Of a stretch of DNA of 53,370 nt, positions 19,201-27,618 are shown piece after piece. The translations under genes were made by a program, and so were the position numbers. The stretch is from Spirochaetaceae bacterium (GTDB lineage Bacteria > Spirochaetota > Spirochaetia > PWKH01): contig PWKH01000049.1 of assembly GCA_003559765.1 (NCBI GenBank), forward strand, positions 1 to 53,370, in the 5' to 3' direction. The notes under the pieces were generated by a model. The model did no database searches and was not told the origin of the DNA. It saw nothing but the letters and a program-made list of their open reading frames with translations. Each line of letters begins with the position of its first letter. The first letter of the stretch is position 1.

Positions 19201-19544
19201 AGGGGCTCCCCCGGGGGAAAGGTGGTCTCATACGCTTGAAGCAGATCCGGCGTGCCGGGAATCGCCCGTTTGAGGTGTCCCAGGGTCCGGGGAAAGACAT
19301 CGGTCTGCACCGCTTCAGTGTAGTGATTGATTAAACTGAACTGGATTCTGCACAGAAGCCCTGCGGCATACACCGCCGACGGGCGGAGGGAAGCCCTGCT
19401 GCTGTCCTGACTGCTGATATGATGCGCAAGACCCTGAGCGGTGCGGTAATATGCTGAAATGCGCTGATCCGCGGGAAACAGTCTCCCGGTTATGGCATAC
19501 TCAGCTCTGGCGCTTCGGGCTATTCTCAGTTCCTGATATTTCAC
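16188..19544 (-). CDS. Large GH13 alpha-amylase family protein
   Basis: SDMVPNH, IRFDAAM (nucleophile), LLAEAFW (acid/base), FMNNPDE; start set at GTG 19544 behind GGGAGG. Confidence 0.88.
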   Translation of the reverse strand: MKYQELRIARSARAEYAITGRLFPADQRISAYYRTAQGLAHHISSQDSSRASLRPSAVYAAGLLCRIQFSLINHYTEAVQTDVFPRTLGHLKRAIPGTPDLLQAYETTFPPGEPLRITQSRALEHLLLTAVARLNPALTESLDFFYDDAPLRKHASYYSLVNRLFDFLGSLPPVDSSGKSLPDFLLEPARRYPHDLTKQLLFIQDHWRDLIPDLAEELLRAVDYIKEETRPSFGPGRGEIHGPDYSGFGMEAEQFSLDSNWMPRVVMLAKSALVWLDQLSKQYGRPITRLDEIPDQELDLLADRGFTALWLIGLWERSTASRIIKHRCGNPEAEASAYSLKRYDIADSLGGWQALDTLRYRCTSRGIRLASDMVPNHTGLDSDWMISQPELFLQESEPPFPSYRYESEGVCRIGDVEVCIEDHYYDRTDAAVTCKRVNHRTGDVRYIYHGNDGTSTPWNDTAQLDYLNPQTRETVIRTIIHVAKNFPIIRFDAAMTLAKRHIQRLWYPKPGQGGDIPGRSAYGMPDAEFHRAIPAEFWREVVDRVAAEAPDTLLLAEAFWMMEGYFVRTLGMHRVYNSAFMNMLKLEEDEKYRNMVKRTLSFDPEILKRFVNFMNNPDEDTAVEQFGDGDKYFGVTTLLVTMPGLPMFGHGQIEGYREKYGMEYTKAYWNEKPDQHLVDEHYRRIFPLLKLRALFAEASRFRIYDFFTHNGVNEHVYAYTNSLASQRALVIYNNAYERTAGWFSESAPFLDKNGGQPVHRTETLADALGASRNSHCYVIFREPIRRLTYLRSSLEIRTRGMYAELRGYETQIYLDFREVTDTQGLYHELAGLLQGRGTPNFEHELALLRLRPIHDWISPFVEPDQLVLIRQLMEGNTTVLDGIKQRWLALYRGLLRTWNTEFKADEHSVLPPQLPQAALRHLLETIDSLSGTFSRISRSRNPLETFIRSSLQVMPELPAVITAAVITLPIAKAVPGGTQKAWTAPLLLQSVFDQPLAEAGVIPEEQEHVLRGAEFFIRFGQWTGKLEQPDASPRQLLEELFSDQLFREYTGCNWHNDIQWFHRESFQEALVLLGLVYLLNSREDQKARRQVFSILYLWYTLEPGSAYQVSRLLESAEG

Positions 19545-19621
19545 GTGTACCCTCCCTGGTGCCTTGATTCCTCGCAGTATAGCACCTTGGGGAAATGGAG
19601 TAACCACGGGTGGACGGGGAA

Positions 19622-20170
19622 TTATCCTATTTCATGCCTCCGGGGGCTGCAGTCTCCGGACAGAATCTCCCGGAGCATGCCGCAAGCCAGCACCAGAATA
19701 CTCTCAAGATGCGCTTCTTCAAGAGGGTCAAACCGCTGAAGAACAAAGGAGGATATCTCCCCGTGCTTCGGGCGGCCGATGCCGACGGCCAGACGGTAGA
19801 ACTCCCGGGAGGGAAGATGCTGCTGAAGTGAGCGCAGACCGTTATGTCCCCTGACCCCGCCGCCCTGACGGAGGGTGACGGTGCTGAAGGGTGTCTCCAG
19901 ATCGTCATGGATGACCAGCAGCTGATCTGCTGACAGGGAATAAAAAGACCGTGCCGACTCGGCGGACAGCCCGCTGCGGTTCATGAAAGTCTCAGGCTTC
20001 AGAAACTGGATGCCGGTGCCCGGCAGCGAGGCCAGGCTGCCTTTGAACTTTGATTTCCATACCGGAGCGCGGTCCTTGAGAAAGTCATCCAGGACCATCC
20101 GCCCGATGTTGTGCCGGGTGCGGGCATACTGTTTTCCCGGATTGCCTAAGGCGATTATCAGTCGGATCAT
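19622..20170 (-). CDS. pth: Peptidyl-tRNA hydrolase
   Basis: LGNPG.QY..TRHNIG, LKPETFMNRSG, IHDDLE, GGHNG-like GVRGHNGL, RLAVGIGRP. Confidence 0.96.
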   Translation of the reverse strand: MIRLIIALGNPGKQYARTRHNIGRMVLDDFLKDRAPVWKSKFKGSLASLPGTGIQFLKPETFMNRSGLSAESARSFYSLSADQLLVIHDDLETPFSTVTLRQGGGVRGHNGLRSLQQHLPSREFYRLAVGIGRPKHGEISSFVLQRFDPLEEAHLESILVLACGMLREILSGDCSPRRHEIG

Positions 20171-20242
20171 GGGAAATCATGGAAGAAAAACCCGTCGGTG
20201 TCAATCCGGAGCCGTTGTGGTATACTGGATAAGGAGGCGGCA
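20171..20242. promoter_or_regulatory. Overlapping divergent promoters of pth (leaderless) and the YqfO-like gene (SD-led)
   Basis: Minus: TTGACA(20204-199)-17-CATGAT-5-ATG. Plus: extended -10 TGG-TATACT (20221-26), then AAGGAGG. Confidence 0.65.
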
Positions 20243-20578
20243 ATGTACGTACTGGTGGTCTATATTCCGGAGGGACATCTGTATCGGGTGAAGCAGGCGC
20301 TCTTTCAGGCCGGCGCAGGAGCCATCGGCTCATACAGCGAATGCAGCTGGGAAGTGAAGGGCTGGGGCCAGTACCGGCCCCTCGAGGGAAGCGATCCCTA
20401 CCTGGGGGAGCGGGGCATGCTGAACCGGGTGACCGAATACCGGGTTGAGATCACTGTTCCCGATGCATCCCTGAAGGCGGTAATCCAGGCGCTGCATCAG
20501 GCCCATCCCTATGAAACCCCGGCCTATCACGTCTATCGGGGCATGGTCCTCCAGGATATCTTGACGGCCGAGGGCTAA
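20243..20578 (+). CDS. Stand-alone YqfO/NIF3-insert-like (PII/CutA-like fold) protein
   Basis: VYIPE, ALFQAGAG.IG.Y..CSW, G.GQYRP..GS.PY.G, AHPYETPAY motifs; AAGGAGG SD. Confidence 0.88.
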   Translation: MYVLVVYIPEGHLYRVKQALFQAGAGAIGSYSECSWEVKGWGQYRPLEGSDPYLGERGMLNRVTEYRVEITVPDASLKAVIQALHQAHPYETPAYHVYRGMVLQDILTAEG

Positions 20579-20589
20579 CAGTCTATGGT
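20561..20589 (+). promoter_or_regulatory. Promoter of the homocysteine/methionine operon
   Basis: TTGACG(20561-66)-17-TATGGT(20584-89); leader of only about 30 nt. Confidence 0.6.
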
Positions 20590-20624
20590 TACAGGCAACT
20601 TATGGAGAGGTGTGCCGCAGCGCG

Positions 20625-21776
20625 ATGGGAAAAACAAAAAGCTACGAAGAAATCAATGAAAAAATCAGAAACCGGAAGGCAGTGGTTGTCACCGCCGAGG
20701 AGGTTTCACGGATGGCTGAGGAACTCTCAGCCGGGGAAATTGTCGAGCAGGTGGATGTGGTGACCACGGCCACCTTCGGACCGATGTGCTCCTCCGGGGC
20801 ATTTGTGAATTTCGGTCAGTATGATCCCCCCATCCGGATGGAGGAGATTACCCTCAACGGGGTTCCAATCTGTGCCGGCCTGGCTGCAGTTGATGCCTAT
20901 ATCGGGGCGACTGCGGAATCTAAATATGATGAGACCTACGGCGGAGCCCATGTCATTGAAGAGCTCATTGCCGGAAAAACGGTGCGGCTGACCGCCCGGG
21001 CGAAGGGGACTGACTGCTATCCCTCCCGGGAGGTTGAAGCGGACATCAGCAGAGAGACGGTGAACGAATTTTTTCTGTTCAATCCCAGGAACGCCTACCA
21101 GAACTACTCGGTGGCGGTGAATTCTCTGGGACATACCATCTATACCTACATGGGAACCCTGCTGCCGAAATTCGGGAACGCAACCTATTCGACCTCCGGA
21201 GAACTGAGCCCGCTGCTCAATGATCCCTATTTCCGGACTGTCGGCATCGGTACGCGGATATTCCTGGGAGGTACTGAGGGATTTGTCTCCTGGAACGGAA
21301 CCCAGTTCAATATCTCAAAACAGCGCAATGATGCGGGGGTTCCCACCAGCAACGCCGGGACCCTGTCGGTGATCGGAGACGCCAAGGCGATGAACACCCG
21401 GTTTATCAGGGCGGCTCACATGGAGCACTACGGCGTAACAATATTCATCGGCATCGGAATTCCCATTCCCGTACTTGATGAGGACCTTGCCCGGTCAGTC
21501 TCTGTCCGGAATGACCAGATTGAGGCTACTGTTCAGGACTACGGCAGGGCGGATAAACCGCCTCTCGGACTGGTGACCTATGAACAGCTTCGGTCAGGGG
21601 CGATTGAACTGCAGGGAAAGACGGTCAAAGCCGCTCCCATATCCAGTCTCTCCCGGGCACGGGAGATCGCTGAGACGCTGAAGGGCTGGATTGAGGCGGG
21701 ATCCTTTGAAGTCACCAGACCGGTGCAGCCCTTTCCCGGATGTTCCAGGCAGGAAGTGGGGGGAAGTCATGAGTAA
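20625..21776 (+). CDS. DUF39 homocysteine biosynthesis protein (L-aspartate semialdehyde sulfurtransferase, MA1821-like; no CBS domains)
   Basis: SYEEINEKI, VDVVTTATFGPMCSSG (Cys55), GLAAVD.YIGAT, FNPRNAYQNY, YTYMG.LLP, SG.LSPL.NDP, G.GTRIFLGG. Confidence 0.92.
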   Translation: MGKTKSYEEINEKIRNRKAVVVTAEEVSRMAEELSAGEIVEQVDVVTTATFGPMCSSGAFVNFGQYDPPIRMEEITLNGVPICAGLAAVDAYIGATAESKYDETYGGAHVIEELIAGKTVRLTARAKGTDCYPSREVEADISRETVNEFFLFNPRNAYQNYSVAVNSLGHTIYTYMGTLLPKFGNATYSTSGELSPLLNDPYFRTVGIGTRIFLGGTEGFVSWNGTQFNISKQRNDAGVPTSNAGTLSVIGDAKAMNTRFIRAAHMEHYGVTIFIGIGIPIPVLDEDLARSVSVRNDQIEATVQDYGRADKPPLGLVTYEQLRSGAIELQGKTVKAAPISSLSRAREIAETLKGWIEAGSFEVTRPVQPFPGCSRQEVGGSHE

Positions 21777-22179
21777 GCGGTATATCCTGAAATTCCCGCC
21801 GGATGTAGTCGACCGGCCGATTGTTTCAGAAATAGCCAAGCATTTTGATGTGATGGTGAATATCCTCAATGCCGACGTAACCTCGGGTCGGGAAGGGAAG
21901 CTGGTGGTTGAACTGGAGGGACAGCAGCCGAAAATCTCTGAATCTCTGGAATATGCCCGGAAATGCGGTGTGGTCTGTATTCCCCTGCTGAGGCAGCTGC
22001 AGTTCGACCAGGACTCCTGCGTTGCCTGCGGCGTGTGCACGGCGGTATGTTTTTCCGGAGCGCTCACCATAGACCGCAGGACCTGGGAGCTTGTCTTCGA
22101 TCCGGAACAGTGCGTTGTCTGCGGGCGGTGCGTCCACGCCTGTCCGCTGAAGCTGTTCTCCATTGCCATGGACGAGTGA
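21769..22179 (+). CDS. NIL domain plus 2x[4Fe-4S] ferredoxin (MA1822-like)
   Basis: N-terminal NIL-like PIVSEIAKHFDVMVNILNA..T; CVACGVCTAVC and CVVCGRCVHACP; 8-nt overlap with DUF39. Confidence 0.92.
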   Translation: MSKRYILKFPPDVVDRPIVSEIAKHFDVMVNILNADVTSGREGKLVVELEGQQPKISESLEYARKCGVVCIPLLRQLQFDQDSCVACGVCTAVCFSGALTIDRRTWELVFDPEQCVVCGRCVHACPLKLFSIAMDE

Positions 22180-22937
22180 TGTATGTGAAGCGGACCTACC
22201 GGAATTCCATGGGGACTCGGCGGTTCGCCTCCCGGGAGATGAAATACCGGGAGAGCGATCTGTGGGTCGGTATTGACCGGGAAAGTGCCCGGGCAGCCGA
22301 CTTTGATGCCCTGCAGCGGGCGGTCACTGCAGGGCTGAAGGAGTTTCATGATCTTCTGGAGGACTACGGCTGCAGGCGCAGGGAGTTTTTCACCTCCCTT
22401 GAACCGATCAGTGAAGACCCTGCCGCACCGGATGCGGTGCAGCGCATGCTTCAGTGTGCATCCATTACCGGTACCGGACCGATGGCCTGCGTGGCCGGCG
22501 CGGCCGCCGAAGCGGCGGGGCGGATCATCAGGGAGCAGATCTCCCTGCAGGAGCTGGTTGTTGAAAACGGCGGCGATATCTATCTGCTGGTCCGGGACGA
22601 GACAGTCCTGTCGGTCTTTGCCGGCCCCTCGCCCCTTTCCGGCAGGATCCAGGTTCATATTCCCCCCGGTCTTAGGACCGTCGGGGTCTGCACCTCCTCG
22701 GCTGCGGTGGGTCACTCCGTGAGTTTCGGAAAGGCTGATGCCGTGATGGTTGCCGCTGAGGATGTTCTGCTGGCTGATGCCTATGCCACGGCCTTCTGCA
22801 ATCAGGTCAGCTCTCCGGCGGATGTGGACCGTGTCGTGGAGATCATGCGCGGAACCCGGGAAATCGTAAGCGGAGTGGTGATTCTGGGGGACCGGGCCGG
22901 ATTATGCGGAGACTGGCGGATCACCTTTGCAAAGTGA
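22179..22937 (+). CDS. UPF0280/COG2122 ApbE-like protein (MA1715-like)
   Basis: GPMACVAGA, VENGGDI, GVCTSS..VGHS.SFGKADAV, ADAYATA; TGATG coupling to the ferredoxin gene. Confidence 0.9.
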   Translation: MYVKRTYRNSMGTRRFASREMKYRESDLWVGIDRESARAADFDALQRAVTAGLKEFHDLLEDYGCRRREFFTSLEPISEDPAAPDAVQRMLQCASITGTGPMACVAGAAAEAAGRIIREQISLQELVVENGGDIYLLVRDETVLSVFAGPSPLSGRIQVHIPPGLRTVGVCTSSAAVGHSVSFGKADAVMVAAEDVLLADAYATAFCNQVSSPADVDRVVEIMRGTREIVSGVVILGDRAGLCGDWRITFAK

Positions 22938-22943
22938 GGAGTT

Positions 22944-25900
22944 ATGAACAGGGCTGACCAGAAAACACGCCGAGACCGGCTGTACGCGCTGGGTGAATCC
23001 GACGTGCTTGTCCTTGACGGGGCAGCGGGGACCATGCTGCAGCAGCGTAAGCCGGCAGCGAAGCCGACGCCCCCCGGCCAGCAGGGAAACCATGATCTGC
23101 TGGTGCTGACGGATCCCGGGACGGTCAGGGAGATGCACCGTGCCTACCTCGAAGCAGGGGCGCATATCATCGAGACCAACACCTTCGGTGCTAACGGGAT
23201 CACCCAGCGGGACTACGGTATGGAGGATCGGGTATTCGAAATGAATGCCGCTGCAGCCCGCATCGCCAGGGAAGCCGCCGCAGAGGCGGAGAGCCGCACC
23301 GGCATTCCGCGGTTTGTTGCCGGATCGATCGGTCCTACCAGTAAAAGCACCACTCTTCCCCCCCGGGTCAGTGATCCTGAATTCCGGGAGGTGACCTTTC
23401 GGGATCTGCTTGAGGTCTACCGGGTGCAGATTTCCGGGCTGATTGAAGGAGGAGCGGATCTTCTGCTGTTTGAGACCTGCTTTGATGCGCTGAACTGCAA
23501 GGCGGGGCTGGCTGCGGCAGCCGAGGAATGTGCGCGTACCGGTATCAGCCTTCCGCTGATGGTGTCGGTCACCGCTGCAGACTCCTCCGGCAGAACCCTT
23601 ACCGGACAGACCCTGGAGGCCTTCTTCCGGGCGGTTGAACCCTACGGCCTCTTTTCCTTCGGCGTCAACTGCTCCTTCGGAGCTGCGGGGCTGCTGCCCC
23701 ATGTGCAGTCCCTTGCCGGGAAGGTTTCCTGCCGGCTCTCGGTATATCCCAATGCCGGACTCCCGGATGCCTTCGGCAGCTACACCCAGAGCGTCGAAGC
23801 CATGCGGGATGAAATCCTGCCCTTCCTTGAACAGCGGCTGGTCCACATCATCGGCGGCTGCTGCGGCACCACCCCGGATCATATCAGGATGATCAGTGCC
23901 GCCGCCGGGGGAATCAAGCCCCCTCCGGTACTGGCGGAGGAACGTGCTTCCGCATTCAGCGGCCTTGAGGAGCTTTCGCTGAAGCCGGGAGCACTTGCCG
24001 TGGCCGGAGAGCGGACCAACACGGCAGGGTCCCGGCGCTTTGCCCGGCTGGTGAAGCAGGAGGACTGGGACGGGGTGATGGAGACTGCCCTCAGCCAGAT
24101 CCGGCGGGGGGCGCAGATACTGGACCTGTGCATGGATGATGCGATGCTCGACGGAAAGAAAGCCCTGGTCTCCTTTCTCCGCAGGCTTCCCCTGGAGCCG
24201 GAGATCGCCCGGGTGCCGGTAATGATCGATTCATCTCGGTGGGAGATTATTGAGGCGGGAGTTGAGGAAATTCAGGGCAAAGGCCTGATCAACTCCCTCA
24301 GTCTGAAGGAAGGGGAGGCGGAATTTCTGAAAAAGGCCCGGTTTGCCCGAAGCCGGGGCGCCGCGGTGGTGGTGATGCTCTTTGACGAGACCGGACAGGC
24401 GGATACCGTCGAGCGGAGAATCGAAATCGCCCGGCGGTCCTGCGACCTGCTGACGGAGCAGGCCGGCATTCCTCCCCGGGATATCATCATCGATCCCAAT
24501 GTGCTTGCGGTCGCCACGGGCATGGAAGCCCATGACCGCTACGCTCTGGATGTGCTCGAAGCGGTCTCCTGGATTAAGGAGCACCTCCCGGGGGTGCTGG
24601 TCAGCGGCGGAATCAGCAACCTCTCCTTCTCATTCCGGGGAAACCAGTACATCAGGGATGCGCTGCACGCGGTGTTTCTGCATCATGCCCTGCAGCGCGG
24701 CCTTGATATGGCCATCGCCGATCCCGGGTCTCTGAAGGATTACGTTGAACTCCCCGGGCCGGTCCGGGAGGCGGCCGAAGATCTGATTTTCTGCCGGGGA
24801 GAACATCCGCTGCAGCGGCTCATCGATGCGGCCGAAGAGGCCGACCGCGGAGCCGGAGTACGGCGGGAAGCTGCTGAGCAAGAGGACTGGAGAAGTCTCC
24901 CGGTGGATCAGCGGCTTATCACCAGCATCCTCACCGGGACGGTCTCCTTTCTTGCTGAGGATCTTGAAGAGGCGAGGAAGGTATGTACCCCGGCAGCGTC
25001 AATCATAGAGGGCCCCCTGATGGAGGGAATGAACCAGGTGGGATCTCTCTTCGGCAGAGGAAAGCTGTTTCTCCCCCAGGTGGTCAAAAGCGCCCGGGTC
25101 ATGCAGGAAGCCGCAATGATCCTTGAGCCCTTCATAGCTCAGGAGATGGCCGGACCGTCTTCCTCGTCCGGGAAGATTCTCCTGGCAACCGTCAAGGGAG
25201 ATGTACATGATATCGGCAAGAATCTGGTCTCAGTGGTGCTGCGGTGCAGCCGCTATGAGGTGACTGATCTGGGGGTGATGGTCCCGGCAGAGGATATCGC
25301 GGATGCGGTGCAGGCCCATGCCCCCGATATCCTGGGGCTCAGCGGGCTCATTTCTCCGTCCCTCGATGAGATGATTCATGTCGCCGCCCTCCTGGAGGAG
25401 CGGGATCTCTCCCTGCCGATGATGATCGGCGGGGCGGCAGCCTCGGAAGCCTTTGTCCGGCAGCGGATACAGCCTGTCACCAGCGCACCGGTGACGCACG
25501 TCAAGGATGCTTCCCTGAGCATCCAGGCGGCATCCGCTCTGCTGGCAGGTGAGAGACAGCCTGGATCCCGGAAGAGCCCCGCAGAGCCGGCAGCGATCAG
25601 ACCGCTGGAGGAGTGCAGGAGGGAATCTGAAGCATTTCTCTGCAGCGGCAGTCCTGCTCCGGATCATCAGGGTATTTTCACCCTTGAGGGAATCACCTTG
25701 GCCGATATCGAGCCGTTTATCAACTGGAGGATGGTGCCTGCAGGATGGAAGGTGCCTGCAGAAAGCCCGGAGGCTGAGAAAATTCTTGAGGAGGCCCGGA
25801 CGCTCTTTGCCCGGCTCTCCCGGGACGGGGACCTGACGCCGAAGGCGGCGGCGGGACTTTTTCCGGTCCGCCGGTTTATCGATGATGTGGTGGTCTATGC

Positions 25901-26579
25901 TCCCTTGAGCGATCAGGAGCAGTTTGAAGCGGGTGATGCCGCAGTTCCCTTAGGGGTGCTCCATTTTCTGCGCCGTCAGGAGGAGGGAAAGGCTTCCCTG
26001 TCACTGGCTGATTTCCTGCTTCCGTCCTGGACGGGGGGAGGGAACCTGGTGCAGGATGACTATCTCGGCATGTTTGCCGTAACCGCAGGCCCCTCCTGGC
26101 AGGAGCGGGCAGACTGGGAGCGTTCCCGGGGAAATGAGTACCCTTCGCTGATGACGGCGATGCTGGCAGACCGGACAGCGGAAGCCTGCGCGGAATATCT
26201 GCATATGCGTATCCGGCGGGAATGGTGGGGGTATGCCCCCGATGAAGCCCTCGATGCACGGGAGATGATCCGGGGAACCTACCGGGGCATCCGTCCGGCC
26301 GTCGGATACCCCGTGTGTCCCGACCATACGGAAAAACAGACTATCTTCTCCCTGCTTAATGCCCGGGAGTTTACGGGAATCAGTCTCACCGAGACCATGG
26401 CCATGACCCCCCCTGCATCGGTATGCGGCTACTGCTTTGCCGCAGCGGAAGCCCGGTATTTTTCCCTCGGTGTGATCGGGGAGGATCAGCTGGAGGACTA
26501 CGCCGGACGCAAGGGATGGAGCATGGAAGAGGCGCAGAAGTGGCTCTCGCCCCATCTGCAGCCGGGGCATAAGGAGTAG
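22944..26579 (+). CDS. metH: Cobalamin-dependent methionine synthase
   Basis: Hcy domain (GVNC, GGCCG), pterin domain (GERTN), cap, B12 motif GDVHDIGKN, SAM domain GIRPAVGYPVCPDH. Confidence 0.96.
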   Translation: MNRADQKTRRDRLYALGESDVLVLDGAAGTMLQQRKPAAKPTPPGQQGNHDLLVLTDPGTVREMHRAYLEAGAHIIETNTFGANGITQRDYGMEDRVFEMNAAAARIAREAAAEAESRTGIPRFVAGSIGPTSKSTTLPPRVSDPEFREVTFRDLLEVYRVQISGLIEGGADLLLFETCFDALNCKAGLAAAAEECARTGISLPLMVSVTAADSSGRTLTGQTLEAFFRAVEPYGLFSFGVNCSFGAAGLLPHVQSLAGKVSCRLSVYPNAGLPDAFGSYTQSVEAMRDEILPFLEQRLVHIIGGCCGTTPDHIRMISAAAGGIKPPPVLAEERASAFSGLEELSLKPGALAVAGERTNTAGSRRFARLVKQEDWDGVMETALSQIRRGAQILDLCMDDAMLDGKKALVSFLRRLPLEPEIARVPVMIDSSRWEIIEAGVEEIQGKGLINSLSLKEGEAEFLKKARFARSRGAAVVVMLFDETGQADTVERRIEIARRSCDLLTEQAGIPPRDIIIDPNVLAVATGMEAHDRYALDVLEAVSWIKEHLPGVLVSGGISNLSFSFRGNQYIRDALHAVFLHHALQRGLDMAIADPGSLKDYVELPGPVREAAEDLIFCRGEHPLQRLIDAAEEADRGAGVRREAAEQEDWRSLPVDQRLITSILTGTVSFLAEDLEEARKVCTPAASIIEGPLMEGMNQVGSLFGRGKLFLPQVVKSARVMQEAAMILEPFIAQEMAGPSSSSGKILLATVKGDVHDIGKNLVSVVLRCSRYEVTDLGVMVPAEDIADAVQAHAPDILGLSGLISPSLDEMIHVAALLEERDLSLPMMIGGAAASEAFVRQRIQPVTSAPVTHVKDASLSIQAASALLAGERQPGSRKSPAEPAAIRPLEECRRESEAFLCSGSPAPDHQGIFTLEGITLADIEPFINWRMVPAGWKVPAESPEAEKILEEARTLFARLSRDGDLTPKAAAGLFPVRRFIDDVVVYAPLSDQEQFEAGDAAVPLGVLHFLRRQEEGKASLSLADFLLPSWTGGGNLVQDDYLGMFAVTAGPSWQERADWERSRGNEYPSLMTAMLADRTAEACAEYLHMRIRREWWGYAPDEALDAREMIRGTYRGIRPAVGYPVCPDHTEKQTIFSLLNAREFTGISLTETMAMTPPASVCGYCFAAAEARYFSLGVIGEDQLEDYAGRKGWSMEEAQKWLSPHLQPGHKE

Positions 26580-26584
26580 GGCCG

Positions 26585-27016
26585 GTGGCAAAGAAGCGCT
26601 CTTTTAAGAAAAACGCCTTTCTGGCGGGAATGCTGCGGATATCCATCGGACTGTTTTTCCTTATGCAGGGGATCCACGGCATTACCTCCTTCGGCACCCG
26701 TCAGTCCGAGACCGTCCGGGCCTATTCACAGGCCTTCGGGGGAGGTACGGTCATAGTGGAGATCATCATGATTCTGCTTTTTATTGCCGCAGGCATTGCC
26801 TGTGCAGGGGTTTACCTGCTTTCGATCCGGCTGCCCCTCCGCCGAAGAATTGATACGGCCCTGATGATTTTCTGGGCTGCGGGAATGCTGATCTTCGATG
26901 TCCTGCTGATGAACTTTTACTCCCGGTATTTCGATTTTCCCCTCTGGGCCCGGGATGTTTCCCTCCACGGGGTAGTGCTGATCTCCCTGATCGCTCTGCG
27001 GGTATCCCGGTCATAA
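26585..27016 (+). CDS. Hypothetical membrane protein (about 4 TM)
   Basis: 143-aa hydrophobic ORF 5 nt after metH, GTG start after AAGGAG. Confidence 0.7.
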   Translation: MAKKRSFKKNAFLAGMLRISIGLFFLMQGIHGITSFGTRQSETVRAYSQAFGGGTVIVEIIMILLFIAAGIACAGVYLLSIRLPLRRRIDTALMIFWAAGMLIFDVLLMNFYSRYFDFPLWARDVSLHGVVLISLIALRVSRS

Positions 27017-27601
27017 TTCCATCGACACCGTCCCGGCAGAGAGCTCCTGCAGCTGATGCTGCAGGAGCTCTGCATGGTCATCGGGGATCTGCCCTTCCAG
27101 GGTGATTTCGGTTTCGAAGCGCTCATCCGATACTTCCGCATGAAATTCTGCCAGAAGCAGTTTCACCTGTTCGTACAGCGGGTAGGGAATCTGCAGAAGG
27201 AATCGGTGCTTTTCAGTCAGCGGTTCAGTTGAGAGTCCGGCAGCTGCCTGTTTTGCCGCCTCTCCGTAGGCCTTCACGAGTCCGCCGGTGCCGAGCTTGG
27301 TTCCCCCGAAGTACCTGATGATCAGCACCAGCACGTTGGTGATGCCGCTTCCCTTGAGCACCTCTAAAACAGGCCGCCCGGCGGTGTGCTTCGGTTCATG
27401 GTCGTCGCTCATGCCGAAGATATCTCCCTGCTTGCCGAGAATATAGGCGTGGACCACATGGTCTGCCTGGGGATGGGCCGCCCGCGCCGCGGCAATATGC
27501 TTCTTCACCTCCTCCTGATCGGAGAGAAACAGCGCATGGTAGAGAAATTTTGATTTCTTTACTTCAAAGGCTCCGCTGCAGGAGCCGGTGGGGACCTTCA
27601 T
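27011..27601 (-). CDS. yigZ: YigZ/IMPACT family protein
   Basis: KKSKF, SDD.EP..TAG.P, RYFGGTKLGTGGLVKAY; preceded by TGG-TAGGAT-6-ATG. Confidence 0.93.
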   Translation of the reverse strand: MKVPTGSCSGAFEVKKSKFLYHALFLSDQEEVKKHIAAARAAHPQADHVVHAYILGKQGDIFGMSDDHEPKHTAGRPVLEVLKGSGITNVLVLIIRYFGGTKLGTGGLVKAYGEAAKQAAAGLSTEPLTEKHRFLLQIPYPLYEQVKLLLAEFHAEVSDERFETEITLEGQIPDDHAELLQHQLQELSAGTVSMEL

Positions 27602-27618
27602 GCAGACATCCTACCACA

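Noticed and set aside
20590-20624. SAM riboswitch or T-box upstream of the met operon
   Set aside because: The leader is about 30 nt with no S-box or T-box consensus.
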